Shown in pieces: positions 37,101-46,361 of a DNA stretch of 64,000 bases. The notes beneath the pieces were generated by a model that had not been told where the DNA came from, made no database searches, and saw only the letters and a program-made list of their open reading frames with translations. The DNA lies in assembly GCA_036769985.1 (NCBI GenBank), contig DAIPKA010000019.1:24843-88842 (forward strand). The letters are read 5' to 3'. This DNA is from Candidatus Hydrogenedentota bacterium (GTDB lineage: Bacteria; Hydrogenedentota; Hydrogenedentia; Hydrogenedentales; SLHB01). A program made the position numbers and the translations under genes. Each line of letters opens with the position of its first letter. The first letter of the stretch is position 1.

Positions 37101-37286
37101 GAATGGCCCGAGCGTGAGGCCATGGCCAGGGCATCCATCACTCGAGCCGTGGCCGGGATTCGCGCCGGGCGTTTCCCGCCGACGCCCCACAAGACGTCGG
37201 AATCGTGTGGCTACTGTGCCGCGCGCCGCATCTGCCGCCACGAAGCGGGCCGCATCGAGCGCAAGGAGGGCGTCACCGGTGAGTAG
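34122..37286 (+). CDS. addB: AddB-type helicase-nuclease subunit B (PD-(D/E)XK nuclease with Fe-S cluster Cys motif)
   Basis: 1054 aa, starting 1 nt after the XPB stop. The C-terminal nuclease has YLDCPFRFLV, GRIDRVD and IIDYKTS, plus the Fe-S cysteines SCGYCAARRIC (C-x2-C-x5-C). The N-terminal P-loop position is degenerate (GTGRSARS). Confidence 0.8.
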   Translation: MPSIQLFCGTGRSARSRHVDAIVRAHWGRSWLIVPTRQYAQRRTEQLLLEGDLPGAWGRPVLAFDDFVVSLLAAEGVEPKRVGEAERRFLFERVVVGLRRKGRLGSLGPVTATAGFISHLMRTVAQLKQAAIEPNAFRTRLARRATQSPVDDAVAEVYEAYQAALHGRGLYDVPGLFWQADLIAQQGRPEVLAGADTLCLDGFDDFTPSEFRLVCSLARHVERMAFGLNYDPDPNRRDLFEIAARTAHAIQRHFDVEPLVLEEPPAETFVEFAAGNVFWRNRPKAVDGLERNIEIAACTDPVQEIEAVGRRVKRLLVVDGVPASEIAVVFRDLGAAAGILEHVFAEFGVPIHIIHSPNVLSSALAGFVLDVLDAAGSWSRDAVVSILTRSWFRFGAGPSRAHAAKYSRLARVAQVISGRDEWRSRVEALRDRLAKGSGEDIEGLVAQMPDAVEAVEALLEDIQRFDRLLAWVPEAATPGAFAVAIERLVTDAQLASAVQTHAVAEVRRNEEAALRAVRALLAAMAAWEDPNAEHEPRAQFAERLRRACADTPFARPREAGGVACLDALAIRHLRFDHVFFCGVNEGEVPRPPVTNALYSEDDLDELRRIGIDIEGKRLHSAREALLFHHVLSGARKRLCVTWHTLSSQGQPKLASPYIDDLVELFPGSPIHSDAPRPGAFVPHTEEVASWRDAANAACGGSAPALRAALGESLAAIEAGAAIETARHGVRPFDEYDGVLADAALRAELSQRFGVDHVFSVGQIETYLDCPFRFLVARVLGLDETETPSEELDPRLRGAILHGVLESFHRHFLGIPAAAIPENEARECLSALLERQFGPTSRRNRDAGPGVLAVECAAMAVQLERYLNIERDAQDFTWKPAHFEVSFGRTHSSSTDPLNRNEPFELTMDGEAVRFAGRIDRVDCAGNRARIIDYKTSAVPKTADIREGRAVQLIVYAWALEGLLLPEAVCAEAAYVAVGRERGKDELRREGNKPEWPEREAMARASITRAVAGIRAGRFPPTPHKTSESCGYCAARRICRHEAGRIERKEGVTGE

Positions 37287-40200
37287 AACGCCCGAGCAAC
37301 AGCAGGCCGTGGTCGCCGTATCCAAGTACCTGTGCGTCGACGCCGGAGCCGGGTCAGGCAAGACGCGCGTGCTCGTCGAACGCATTGTCCATTTGCTCGA
37401 GACTCGCGCGGCGCGCCTCGAGGAGATCGTCGCTATTACCTTTACGGAAAAGGCGGCCGCCGAAATGAAGATGCGGCTGCGCAGGGCGTTTCACGAGAAG
37501 GCGCCGGCATACGATCCGGAGGCCATGAGCTTCTGGCGCGATCTCGAACGGCGCGTCGAGACGGCACGCGTGTCGACCATTCACTCGTTTTGCGCGGCAC
37601 TGCTCCGCGAAAACGCCATACGGATAGGCCTGGATCCCGACTTCGCCATCCTGGCCGACGCAGAAGGCAAGCTCTTCCGGAGCGATACGGTGTCGGAGGC
37701 CCTTCACGGCCTCATCGAGGCGGGCAACGCGGCGGCGCGGCGCGCGGCCGTCGAGTTCCGCATGGTCGGTCTGGCGCGACAGATCGAACGCTGCCTGGAC
37801 CACGCGGCCGTTATGGCGGACATCGTCGTCGAGCACCCCGTAACCAATCCGGAGGCGCTGCAGCAGCACTGGGCGCAACTGGCCCGGGCGGACTACGAGG
37901 ACCGGCTCTCGACGCTGGCGTCTGCGCCAAGCATCCGTTGGTTCCGGAACAGGCTGGCTGAATTCGACGGGCAGTGTAGAAAACCCGCGGATCCGCGCGA
38001 GATCCTGCGACGGGAAATGCTGGCCTCGCTGGATGCAATCCTCGTGGGCGCCGGCGTGGACGAGATCGAGACGCACCTCGAACGAATTCTCGATCTGAGC
38101 ACGCGAGGAACGCGGAGCGACCACTGGGATTCGCCCGCCGACGCAGAGGCACTGAAGAAAGTCGAGGAACGTTTCAAGGACTTCTGCAAGGAGCACCGGC
38201 CCTTGATCATGGATGGCGACATCGAGCGGGCCGCAGCCGAGGTCACATGCGCATTCTACGCCACGTATGCCGAGGTCGCCTCGGTCTTCGCCAAGGCCAA
38301 AGCGGCGCGCACATCCATGGATTTCGACGACCTCATCGCCGGCGCGCTCGACATGCTGCGGGAACGCGAGGACGTGCGACGGCGCGTCGCCGGCGGCATC
38401 AAGCACCTCCTCATCGACGAGTTCCAGGACACGAACTCGCCGCAACTCGAGATCGCGCAGTGGCTGGCACGCGAGGAAGAGGGGCCAAACCTGTTCATCG
38501 TCGGCGACGCCAAGCAGTCGATCTACGACTTCCGCGGCGCCGAGGTCGAGCTCTTCCAACAGGAAAAGGACTGCGCCGAGGCACTCATCACGCTCGATAG
38601 GAACTTCCGTTCCGTGCCGGAAGTCATGGCGTTTGTGAACGATTTCTTCGCGGCCTCGGACATGCTTGCGGCAGTCGAAGGCAACTACCATCCGCTACGC
38701 GCGCACCGACCGGCATCGAACGCGCCACGCATCGAGTTCCTCATTCCCGAGGTCGATGAAGGCCGCAACGCCGAAGCGTACCGAAAACGGGAAGCGGCAC
38801 TGATCGCGGATCGCATTTCGGCGTTCTGCGACGCCGCGGGGCCGGTTCGAGTCCAGGATCCCGTGTCGGGCGAGGATCGCCCGCCGGCCTTCGGCGATGT
38901 GGCCCTCCTCTTTCGGGCCATGGGCGATGTGCACCTCTACGAGGAGGCGCTCCGCCGCAGCGGCATTCCCTATCAAATCGAGGCCGGCCAAGGCTTCTAC
39001 GAACGTCAAGAAGTGATTGATCTCCGGAATCTCCTCGGTGTCGTCTTGGACGCCTGGGACGAAACAGCGCTGGCCGGTTTCCTTCGAGGGCCGATAGCGG
39101 GCCTTTCCGACGATGGCCTCGTCCGGCTCTGTGCGCACGGCGGCCTGGTGGGCGCTTTCGAGTCAGACGGCGCGCCCGAAGGTCTTGATGATGTTCAGGT
39201 GCATCGTTTGGAACGGGCACGCGCCCTGGTGGCCGACCTGCGCGCGCACGTCGACCAGTCGGTGCCGGCGTTCCTGCGCTACATGCTCGCCGCGACGGGT
39301 TTCGAGGCGATCCTGCTCAGCCAATTTCTTGGCGTGCAGAAGGCCGCGAACGTGCGCAAGACCTTGGACTTGGCCGAGGACTTCTCGCGAACGCGGCCAC
39401 CGAGTCTAGGGGCATTCGCGCGGTATCTCGAGGAAATGGCCCGCTATCCCGACGTGCGCGAGGGCGAATCCGCCGCCGCAATCCAGGGTCAAGGCGCGGT
39501 GACGCTGATGACGATTCACAAGGCGAAAGGCCTCGAGTTCCCTGTAGTCTTCGTGCCGGATTGTTCGAGAGGACGCGGCAGCGAACACGACGGGCCCGTC
39601 GTGTTCGACCGACGGCTCGGTTTGGCGGCACGCGTGACGAGTCGCGCCGGCGCCTCGGCATCGCCGGTGGTGTTTGACGCCATCACGCGCGCGAAGAAGG
39701 CCAGGGACGAGGCCGAGCATGCGCGCGTGCTGTACGTGGCCATGACGCGCGCGAGAGACTGGCTCTTCCTTTCCGGCGCGCCGGAAACCCAGCGGAAGCA
39801 AGGCGCATCCTGGCTCGACGCGCTCGATGCATGCTACGGCGTGGTGGGCATGGCGGATGGCGAGCGTGTGTCCGGCGCCGGCTGGGAAGCCGTCGTGCGC
39901 CGGCGTCCGGCCACGGCACGCGTGGCCAGCTACGACCGCACCGGAGCGAGCGCCGCCGATACGGCGCCAGATCTCGCGCGACAGGTGAGCCCGGTCAGGA
40001 CTGCGGCCATCGCGCGACCTACCGTGGCCGTGACGCGGCTGTTGGACGCTACGGGTTTCGCCGAGGATCGTGACGAGGCCACAGGGCCCAAACGGCTCGT
40101 GGATCCGCTCACGCGCGGCACGCTCGTGCACGCGCTGTTCGAGCGCTGGTCGCCGACGGTCGATGTGGCCGCCCTGGCGGCCGCGCTGGCGACGCGCGAG

Positions 40201-40623
40201 TGTCCGGGGGCCGATGAGTCCGAGGTCTTCGCGGCGGATATCGAGGCGGTGGCGGCCCGATTCGCCGATTCGGCCGTGGCCACGCGCCTCACCCAGGATG
40301 CCGGCGCGATGCGAGAAGCGCCCTTCCTGTTGCGGTTGGGGAACTACCTCGTGAGTGGGACAATCGATGTACTCTTCTCCGACGGGACCATCATCGACTA
40401 CAAGACGGGCCTTCGCCACGCCGAGCGTGAGGCGCGCTACGAGGCACAGCTTTGCTTGTACGCGGCCGCCGTGCGGGCGCTGCTGAAACGCGACGTGCCC
40501 GAGGCGTGTCTTTACTACGCGGATACGGGAGCCCTATGCCGCGTAGACGTGACCGAAGCAAAGACCGCGGCCATTTTGCATCGCGCCGAAACAATGCTCG
40601 AGAAGAATCATGGCCGATCCTAG
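37279..40623 (+). CDS. addA: AddA-type UvrD-like helicase / PD-(D/E)XK nuclease subunit A
   Basis: ORF 37114..40623 trimmed to GTG 37279, which overlaps the addB stop by 8 nt. Motifs: VDAGAGSGKT, HLLIDEFQDTN, GDAKQSIYDFRGA, TIHKAKGLEF and YVAMTRAR. The C-terminal nuclease has GTIDVLFSDGTIIDYKTG. Confidence 0.85.
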   Translation: MSRTPEQQQAVVAVSKYLCVDAGAGSGKTRVLVERIVHLLETRAARLEEIVAITFTEKAAAEMKMRLRRAFHEKAPAYDPEAMSFWRDLERRVETARVSTIHSFCAALLRENAIRIGLDPDFAILADAEGKLFRSDTVSEALHGLIEAGNAAARRAAVEFRMVGLARQIERCLDHAAVMADIVVEHPVTNPEALQQHWAQLARADYEDRLSTLASAPSIRWFRNRLAEFDGQCRKPADPREILRREMLASLDAILVGAGVDEIETHLERILDLSTRGTRSDHWDSPADAEALKKVEERFKDFCKEHRPLIMDGDIERAAAEVTCAFYATYAEVASVFAKAKAARTSMDFDDLIAGALDMLREREDVRRRVAGGIKHLLIDEFQDTNSPQLEIAQWLAREEEGPNLFIVGDAKQSIYDFRGAEVELFQQEKDCAEALITLDRNFRSVPEVMAFVNDFFAASDMLAAVEGNYHPLRAHRPASNAPRIEFLIPEVDEGRNAEAYRKREAALIADRISAFCDAAGPVRVQDPVSGEDRPPAFGDVALLFRAMGDVHLYEEALRRSGIPYQIEAGQGFYERQEVIDLRNLLGVVLDAWDETALAGFLRGPIAGLSDDGLVRLCAHGGLVGAFESDGAPEGLDDVQVHRLERARALVADLRAHVDQSVPAFLRYMLAATGFEAILLSQFLGVQKAANVRKTLDLAEDFSRTRPPSLGAFARYLEEMARYPDVREGESAAAIQGQGAVTLMTIHKAKGLEFPVVFVPDCSRGRGSEHDGPVVFDRRLGLAARVTSRAGASASPVVFDAITRAKKARDEAEHARVLYVAMTRARDWLFLSGAPETQRKQGASWLDALDACYGVVGMADGERVSGAGWEAVVRRRPATARVASYDRTGASAADTAPDLARQVSPVRTAAIARPTVAVTRLLDATGFAEDRDEATGPKRLVDPLTRGTLVHALFERWSPTVDVAALAAALATRECPGADESEVFAADIEAVAARFADSAVATRLTQDAGAMREAPFLLRLGNYLVSGTIDVLFSDGTIIDYKTGLRHAEREARYEAQLCLYAAAVRALLKRDVPEACLYYADTGALCRVDVTEAKTAAILHRAETMLEKNHGRS

Positions 40624-42079
40624 CATCGAGAACGCCATTGCGCCGACGCCTCGCGTCGTCTTCCTACGCCTGGCCCTCGTGTTCGCGGCCGTTCACGCCA
40701 TCTTCTACGGCTTGGGGGGCCGGTTTGACGCGACAACGCTCGACGAAATCATGCATTTCATGGATCCGGAGTTGCTCCGGCACCGCCTGATCGAGACCTG
40801 CTTCTACCTACACATCCAGCCGCCGTTGATGAATCTCCTCGTGGGTTTGGTGCTGAAACTCCCCGCGGCCGTTGGTTGGGCGATCTTTCACAGCGCCTTC
40901 CTGGTATTCGGACTGACGCTCTACCTTTCCGTATTCTTGCTCCAAGTGCGGCTCGGCGTGTCTCAGCGCATCGCCGCGGTCCTGGCAACGCTCTTCCTGG
41001 CCAGCCCGTCGTTCTTGGTGTTCGAGCATTGGCTCTTCTACACGTTCCCATGCGGCATGCTGTTAGCGGTGGCTTCCCTGCTGTTGTTCGAGGTGCTCGA
41101 CAGGCGCCGATCCTGGGCCATCGCGGGCTTCGCCTTGGCGGTGATGACGCTGTGTGGATTGCGGAGTATGTTCCACCTGCTCTACTTCGTGCTTGTGTTG
41201 GCGGTAGGCCTCATCTTCTGCCCAGGCTACCGCCAACGCGTACTGGCTCTATCCCTCGTTCCCCTGTTGCTCGTGGCCGCCGTGTACGCCAAGAACTATG
41301 CGGTGTTCGGCAGGTTCAGCGCCTGCACCTTCTCCGGCAAGAACCTATGGATCATGACCGTAGGGAACCTGAGTTGGCCTCAACGCGAGGCGCTGATCGA
41401 ATCCGGCGCGATCTCGGAGTTGTCGCGCATCAACCGGTGGTCGTCGGTCGACGAGTATCCGACGCCCTACCGAGCGGTCCGCGGCTTCGAGGGGGTTCCC
41501 GTGCTCCGGCAGACGCACAAGTCGACGGGCGGCGTCAACTACAATCACCTCGCCACCATCGCCATCAGCGATCAGTACGGCAAGGACGCGCGCTATGTGC
41601 TCTTGCATCATCCGCGAGCGTTCTTGATCGCCGTCGCGATATCCTCGTTCCGGTACTTCGCGCCGGCCACGACACTGCCGGTGTCATCCGGTAATCGCGA
41701 GGCACTCCGGTGGCCGATGGCGTTTTACGACAACGTGCTCTACGGCCGGTGGCCTTTCGACACGACATCGTGCCGATTCCTCGAGATGGCCCAGGCGGTG
41801 CCCTACGTGTTTCTGCTGATCGGCTTGCCCGCGGCCGTTCTCTACGGGTTGATCGCGGCAGCGCGCGGCCAGGCGGGGCCGGCGCGCCTGTCGCGCACGC
41901 AACGGATCGTCATCCTCTACCTCTGCTTCAACATCGTGTTTGTGGCCGTGATGGGTTGCTGTCTCGACGCGCGTGAGACGAGTCGGTACCGATTCATGAC
42001 AGACGGGCTGTCGGTGGCGCTCATCGGCCTCTTGGCTCAGCGCATCATCGCGGCCCTGCGCGCGAAAAGGACCGCCTAG
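40610..42079 (+). CDS. polytopic integral membrane protein, possibly a GT-C-fold glycosyltransferase
   Basis: 489 aa with about 10 or more hydrophobic helices, and an acidic motif in the first loop (TTLDEIMHFMDPE). Overlaps the addA end by 14 nt. The functional call is weak. Confidence 0.45.
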   Translation: MADPSIENAIAPTPRVVFLRLALVFAAVHAIFYGLGGRFDATTLDEIMHFMDPELLRHRLIETCFYLHIQPPLMNLLVGLVLKLPAAVGWAIFHSAFLVFGLTLYLSVFLLQVRLGVSQRIAAVLATLFLASPSFLVFEHWLFYTFPCGMLLAVASLLLFEVLDRRRSWAIAGFALAVMTLCGLRSMFHLLYFVLVLAVGLIFCPGYRQRVLALSLVPLLLVAAVYAKNYAVFGRFSACTFSGKNLWIMTVGNLSWPQREALIESGAISELSRINRWSSVDEYPTPYRAVRGFEGVPVLRQTHKSTGGVNYNHLATIAISDQYGKDARYVLLHHPRAFLIAVAISSFRYFAPATTLPVSSGNREALRWPMAFYDNVLYGRWPFDTTSCRFLEMAQAVPYVFLLIGLPAAVLYGLIAAARGQAGPARLSRTQRIVILYLCFNIVFVAVMGCCLDARETSRYRFMTDGLSVALIGLLAQRIIAALRAKRTA

Positions 42080-42080
42080 C

Positions 42081-43148
42081 GTGTTGCACACAGCGCCACA
42101 CCATCGACTCGTACGCGGCAGCCTCGGCCGAAGCCTGCCTTCTCCTTGGAGAACGCCGAGGACCGACCGGGCCGAACACGCCGCTCGGTGGAGGGTATGG
42201 GGTGTGGTGGCAGCCTGCCTGATCGTCGCATCACCGGGCGCACCAGGCGCGCGCATCGAGAAATCGCCGTTCATCATCGAATACCAAGATGACGCAGAAA
42301 CGCTCGCCGAAGAGACGCTGGCGATTCTCGAGAAGGCACGGGCGGAGTTCCAGCGCTGGTTACCTACCGGAAACGAGCCCATTCGCGTGATCGTATGCTC
42401 GACGATGGGCGCGTTCCAGGCCGCCGCCGAGCGCATGGGCCGGTTGCCGGTCGAGGGCATCGCGCGGTCGGAGGGCGGCGTGATCGTTGTCAAAGCGCCG
42501 GCCCTCCGGAGCGATCCATTCGACTACTCCGGGACGCTCCGACACGAACTGGTACATGTTCTTCTGGCGCGCAACACGGACACGGCGGTGATGCCGCGCT
42601 GGCTCGATGAGGGCATCGCGATGACGGTGGGCAAGGATTTCCGCTGGGAAAGCATGCTGCACGTCGCCAACATGTACGTTCGAGGACGCATCATCGAGTA
42701 TCACGCGCTCGATTTCGCCTTCGTAGCGCCCGAAGACGACTCCCAGTTCGGCGACGCCTACGCGCAGAGCCTCTCGATGACGCGGTTCCTGATGGGCCGC
42801 ATAGGCGAGGAGGCCTTTTGGGAAATGGTGTATTCGCTGAAGACGAGGACCTTCCCCGAGGCCCTGCGCGCCGTCGCGGGCCTGACGCCTCGCACGCTGT
42901 ATGACGGATGGGTGCAATCGCTCTGGAAAGTTGCCCTCATCTCATCGCTTGTGTCAGGATTCTCCGCGTTCCAAGTAGCGGCGGTACTGGTTATCGTGGC
43001 CTATTTCCGCAAGCGGCGGCGCGGTCAGCACATCCTGCGTCGGTGGGCCGCCGAAGAGGCGGATGATGGGTTAATCATGTTTCCGAGGGAACTGGAGGAT
43101 CAGGAGGGGCCGTATCCCTGGGAGAACGACGACGAGGAGAGTTGGTGA
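42081..43148 (+). CDS. peptidase MA-like metalloprotease domain protein with C-terminal TM anchor
   Basis: 355-aa ORF with a GTG start whose position is uncertain. It has an HExxH motif (LRHELVHVLL), a later acidic ligand region (WLDEGIAM) and a C-terminal helix (ISSLVSGFSAFQVAAVLVIVAYF). Confidence 0.55.
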   Translation: MLHTAPHHRLVRGSLGRSLPSPWRTPRTDRAEHAARWRVWGVVAACLIVASPGAPGARIEKSPFIIEYQDDAETLAEETLAILEKARAEFQRWLPTGNEPIRVIVCSTMGAFQAAAERMGRLPVEGIARSEGGVIVVKAPALRSDPFDYSGTLRHELVHVLLARNTDTAVMPRWLDEGIAMTVGKDFRWESMLHVANMYVRGRIIEYHALDFAFVAPEDDSQFGDAYAQSLSMTRFLMGRIGEEAFWEMVYSLKTRTFPEALRAVAGLTPRTLYDGWVQSLWKVALISSLVSGFSAFQVAAVLVIVAYFRKRRRGQHILRRWAAEEADDGLIMFPRELEDQEGPYPWENDDEESW

Positions 43149-44113
43149 TGGCGTCTGAGGGCCGACTCCGCGTAGCGGTAGTGGGAGCCAGTGGCATCGG
43201 CAAGCACCACGCCAAGTGGTGGCACATTGAGGGCGCCGACGTTTGCGGCTTCGTGGGCACTTCACCGGAGTCGGTGGCGCGCACGCACGAAGCCATCAAG
43301 GCTATGTTCCCCTTCTCTGGCCGTGGCTACGTGTCGCTCGACAGACTGATCGAGGCCGAACGTCCTGACGTGGTGGACGTCTGTTCGCCGCCGTCCACCC
43401 ATGTGGCCCTGTGTCGCATGGCCCTGGCCGCCGGCTGCCATGTATTGTGCGAGAAACCACTTGCCTTCGATCCCGGCCAGTCGACGGACACCCTCCTTGC
43501 CGAAGCGCGGAACCTAGTGGCCTTCGCCGAGGAACAGGAGCGCCTGTTCGGCGTTTGCACACAGTACTCCGTCGGAGCCGATGGTTTTGTGAAGATCTGG
43601 CGCGAGCGCCGAGGCGCGGAACCGATCGAACGATACCACGGCCACCTCGAGGCGCCCGCGAAAGGACGCGCCGCGGATCCCTTCCGGATCTGGGTGGATC
43701 TCTCACCACACCTGCTCAGCGTCCTGCTGCGGGTGGCGCCGAACGGACGGGCCGATTGGTCGACGCTGGAGGTCCGGTTCGACGGCTATGAGGCGCGCGC
43801 CTCATTCGATGTGATTGCGGCGGCGGGCACACGAATAGCCTGCGATTTGATCACGCGCAATACGACACAGCCGCCGGCGCATGTGCGCCACTTCAAGTTG
43901 AACGGATACGCCTTTGTCGTCGAGGGCGAGACGAATCCGGAGGGCGTGTACGGCGCGCGCATCGAGACCCCGGACGGTGATTACCACGAAGCCGACGCGA
44001 TGCGTTTGCTGATCCGCGGCATGGCGGCCGGCCAGCCGCCCGCCGGCGGCCGCGAGGCCCTCGTTAACCTGGAATGGATGCTTCGGATCCGAGACGCGGC
44101 GGCGGGCACCTGA
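43148..44113 (+). CDS. Gfo/Idh/MocA family oxidoreductase
   Basis: ATG 43148 overlaps the preceding stop. It has an N-terminal Rossmann motif (LRVAVVGASGIGKHHAKWW) and EKPLA, both typical of the family. Confidence 0.78.
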   Translation: MASEGRLRVAVVGASGIGKHHAKWWHIEGADVCGFVGTSPESVARTHEAIKAMFPFSGRGYVSLDRLIEAERPDVVDVCSPPSTHVALCRMALAAGCHVLCEKPLAFDPGQSTDTLLAEARNLVAFAEEQERLFGVCTQYSVGADGFVKIWRERRGAEPIERYHGHLEAPAKGRAADPFRIWVDLSPHLLSVLLRVAPNGRADWSTLEVRFDGYEARASFDVIAAAGTRIACDLITRNTTQPPAHVRHFKLNGYAFVVEGETNPEGVYGARIETPDGDYHEADAMRLLIRGMAAGQPPAGGREALVNLEWMLRIRDAAAGT

Positions 44114-44159
44114 CCGTCCGCCGTATCACCGAATCCAAGCACAAACGGTGTTTGCTAGG

Positions 44160-46226
44160 ATGCTCGACAGACAACGACTCGACAGGAAGTTGCTGCACGC
44201 GCTGCCGGGGCATCCGTATCCCCTGGGCGCATGGGTCCAGAAGGGCGGCGTTCGGTTCGTCGTCTTTTCACGACACGCCACGCGCGTGTCGCTGCTGCTA
44301 TTCGAATCCGCCGACGACATGCTCCCCGCCGTCGAACTGCCCTTCGATCCGGAACGGCACCGCACGGGCGATATCTGGAGCCTCTTCGTACAGGGTCTGG
44401 ACGCCGGGACGATCTACGCGTATCGCATGGATGGCCCCTTCGATCCTGAGAGCGGCCATCGTTTCGACGCCGACCGGACCCTATTGGACCCCTACGCCAC
44501 GGTTCTGGTGGGTGACGTCAGCGGGGGCCACGGCAAGTGTCTGGTCGTGGACGACGACGCGATCTGGTTCGACGAGCCCCGTCGCGAAGTCGAGATGGAT
44601 CGAACGATCATCTACGAGACCCACGTCCGCGGATTGACCGTTCATCCCTCGTCCGGTGTTGCGTGTCCGGGAACCTACCTGGGCCTGATCGAGAAGATCG
44701 ACTACCTGAAAGACCTTGGCGTAACGGCCGTGGATCTGCTTCCGGTGCATGAAGTGGGCGAGCGCGGCTTGGGCCGATTCGACCCCCAAACGCACGAGGA
44801 GCTCAGGAATTACTGGGGCTACAACACCATCGGATTCTTCGCGCCCACCGACCTGTACACGACAAGCCCCGGTGAAGGGCTACAACTCGTCGAGTTTCGC
44901 GAGATGGTCGGCGCCCTCCACAGCGCCGGTATCGAAGTCATCCTCGACGTCGTGTTCAACCACACCGCCGAGGGAAACCACAACGGGCGTACGCTCAGCT
45001 TTCGAGGCATCGACAACGCCATCTACTACCTCCTGGACGAGCAGGGCCAGTACCTCAACTTCTCCGGTTGCGGCAACACGATGAACTGCAATCATCCGCT
45101 CGTGCGTCAGTACATCATCGACTCGCTTCAGCACTGGGTTACCTCGATGCACGTCGACGGGTTCCGCTTCGATCTGGCCTCGATCCTCGGCCGCGACCGA
45201 AAGGGCCGAGTCGTGGAAAACGCGCCCCTTATCGAGACCATCGCCGAGGACCCCCTCCTGCGCCGCGTCAAGCTCATTGCCGAGGCCTGGGACGCCGGCG
45301 GCGCCTACCAGGTGGGATCCTTCGGCGACGGACGCTGGGCCGAATGGAACGGTAGATTCCGCGACGACGTGCGTCGCTTCTGGCGCGGCGATGCCCACAC
45401 CCGATCCGACTTTGCCTCGCGGCTCACAGGCAGCTCCGACCTCTACCAGAAGGCAGGCCGATCGCCCGTGCACAGCATCAATTTCGTGACGGCCCACGAC
45501 GGGTTCACCTTGCGCGATCTCGTTTCATACAATGAGAAGCACAATCTCGACAACGGCGAGAATAACGCCGACGGGCAGCGCGAGAACTTCAGTTGGAACT
45601 GCGGCGTCGAAGGCGAAACCGACGATCCGGCCATTAACGCGTTGCGCGTGCGTATGCGCAAGAATCATCTGGCCGCGCTCTTCCTCTCGCTGGGCGTGCC
45701 GATGATGCTCGGGGGCGATGAGTTCGGCCGCACCCAACGCGGCAACAACAACGCGTACTGCCAGGACAACGCCATCTCGTGGTATGACTGGACCTTACTC
45801 GAGGCCAATCGGGATCTGCACCGGTTCTGCCGCGAAGCGATTCGGTTTCGCCGGGAGAATCCGGTATTTATGAGAAAGGCCTTCTTCACAGGACAGCCGG
45901 TCCGAGCGGCCGCCCATCCCGACATCCTTTGGTTCGACGCCTCGGGCCGAACGCCGCAATGGCACGAGTCCGAGTCCGATCTGGCGTGCCGCATCGACGG
46001 CTCGGTGAATGCCGGCACGTCGCTCTACCTCATGTTCAATCCGTCGGACAAAAAGCTCCTGTTCCGCGTTCCCGAAGGGCGCTGGAGCGTCCGGATTGAT
46101 ACGGCTGCATCGCCGCCGGACGACATTGTGTCGATGCATGGGCTTCGAGCCGGGAGCATCCTAGACACGTACCCCGTGTCCCCGAGGTCGATGGCCGTTC
46201 TCTCCTCGAACGACCTCATCGCATAG
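44160..46226 (+). CDS. glgX: glycogen debranching enzyme GlgX (isoamylase-type GH13)
   Basis: ORF 44148..46226 starts at GTG 44148 or ATG 44160. Motifs: YPLGA...GVRFVVFS, YWGYNTIGFFAP, DVVFNHT, GFRFDLAS, EAWD and FVTAHDGFTL. Confidence 0.9.
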   Translation: MLDRQRLDRKLLHALPGHPYPLGAWVQKGGVRFVVFSRHATRVSLLLFESADDMLPAVELPFDPERHRTGDIWSLFVQGLDAGTIYAYRMDGPFDPESGHRFDADRTLLDPYATVLVGDVSGGHGKCLVVDDDAIWFDEPRREVEMDRTIIYETHVRGLTVHPSSGVACPGTYLGLIEKIDYLKDLGVTAVDLLPVHEVGERGLGRFDPQTHEELRNYWGYNTIGFFAPTDLYTTSPGEGLQLVEFREMVGALHSAGIEVILDVVFNHTAEGNHNGRTLSFRGIDNAIYYLLDEQGQYLNFSGCGNTMNCNHPLVRQYIIDSLQHWVTSMHVDGFRFDLASILGRDRKGRVVENAPLIETIAEDPLLRRVKLIAEAWDAGGAYQVGSFGDGRWAEWNGRFRDDVRRFWRGDAHTRSDFASRLTGSSDLYQKAGRSPVHSINFVTAHDGFTLRDLVSYNEKHNLDNGENNADGQRENFSWNCGVEGETDDPAINALRVRMRKNHLAALFLSLGVPMMLGGDEFGRTQRGNNNAYCQDNAISWYDWTLLEANRDLHRFCREAIRFRRENPVFMRKAFFTGQPVRAAAHPDILWFDASGRTPQWHESESDLACRIDGSVNAGTSLYLMFNPSDKKLLFRVPEGRWSVRIDTAASPPDDIVSMHGLRAGSILDTYPVSPRSMAVLSSNDLIA

Positions 46227-46361
46227 CGCGCCATGGGGCCGGGTGTTGTCTCGGCGTCCGTGTTGACGCTATACTCTCGCCACTGCCGCCAAAACGTGGA
46301 TCCGATCCATGAACACGCGTCCGGATTCGGGGCGGCGCCGGTCGTGTTCGACAAGTGTGGC

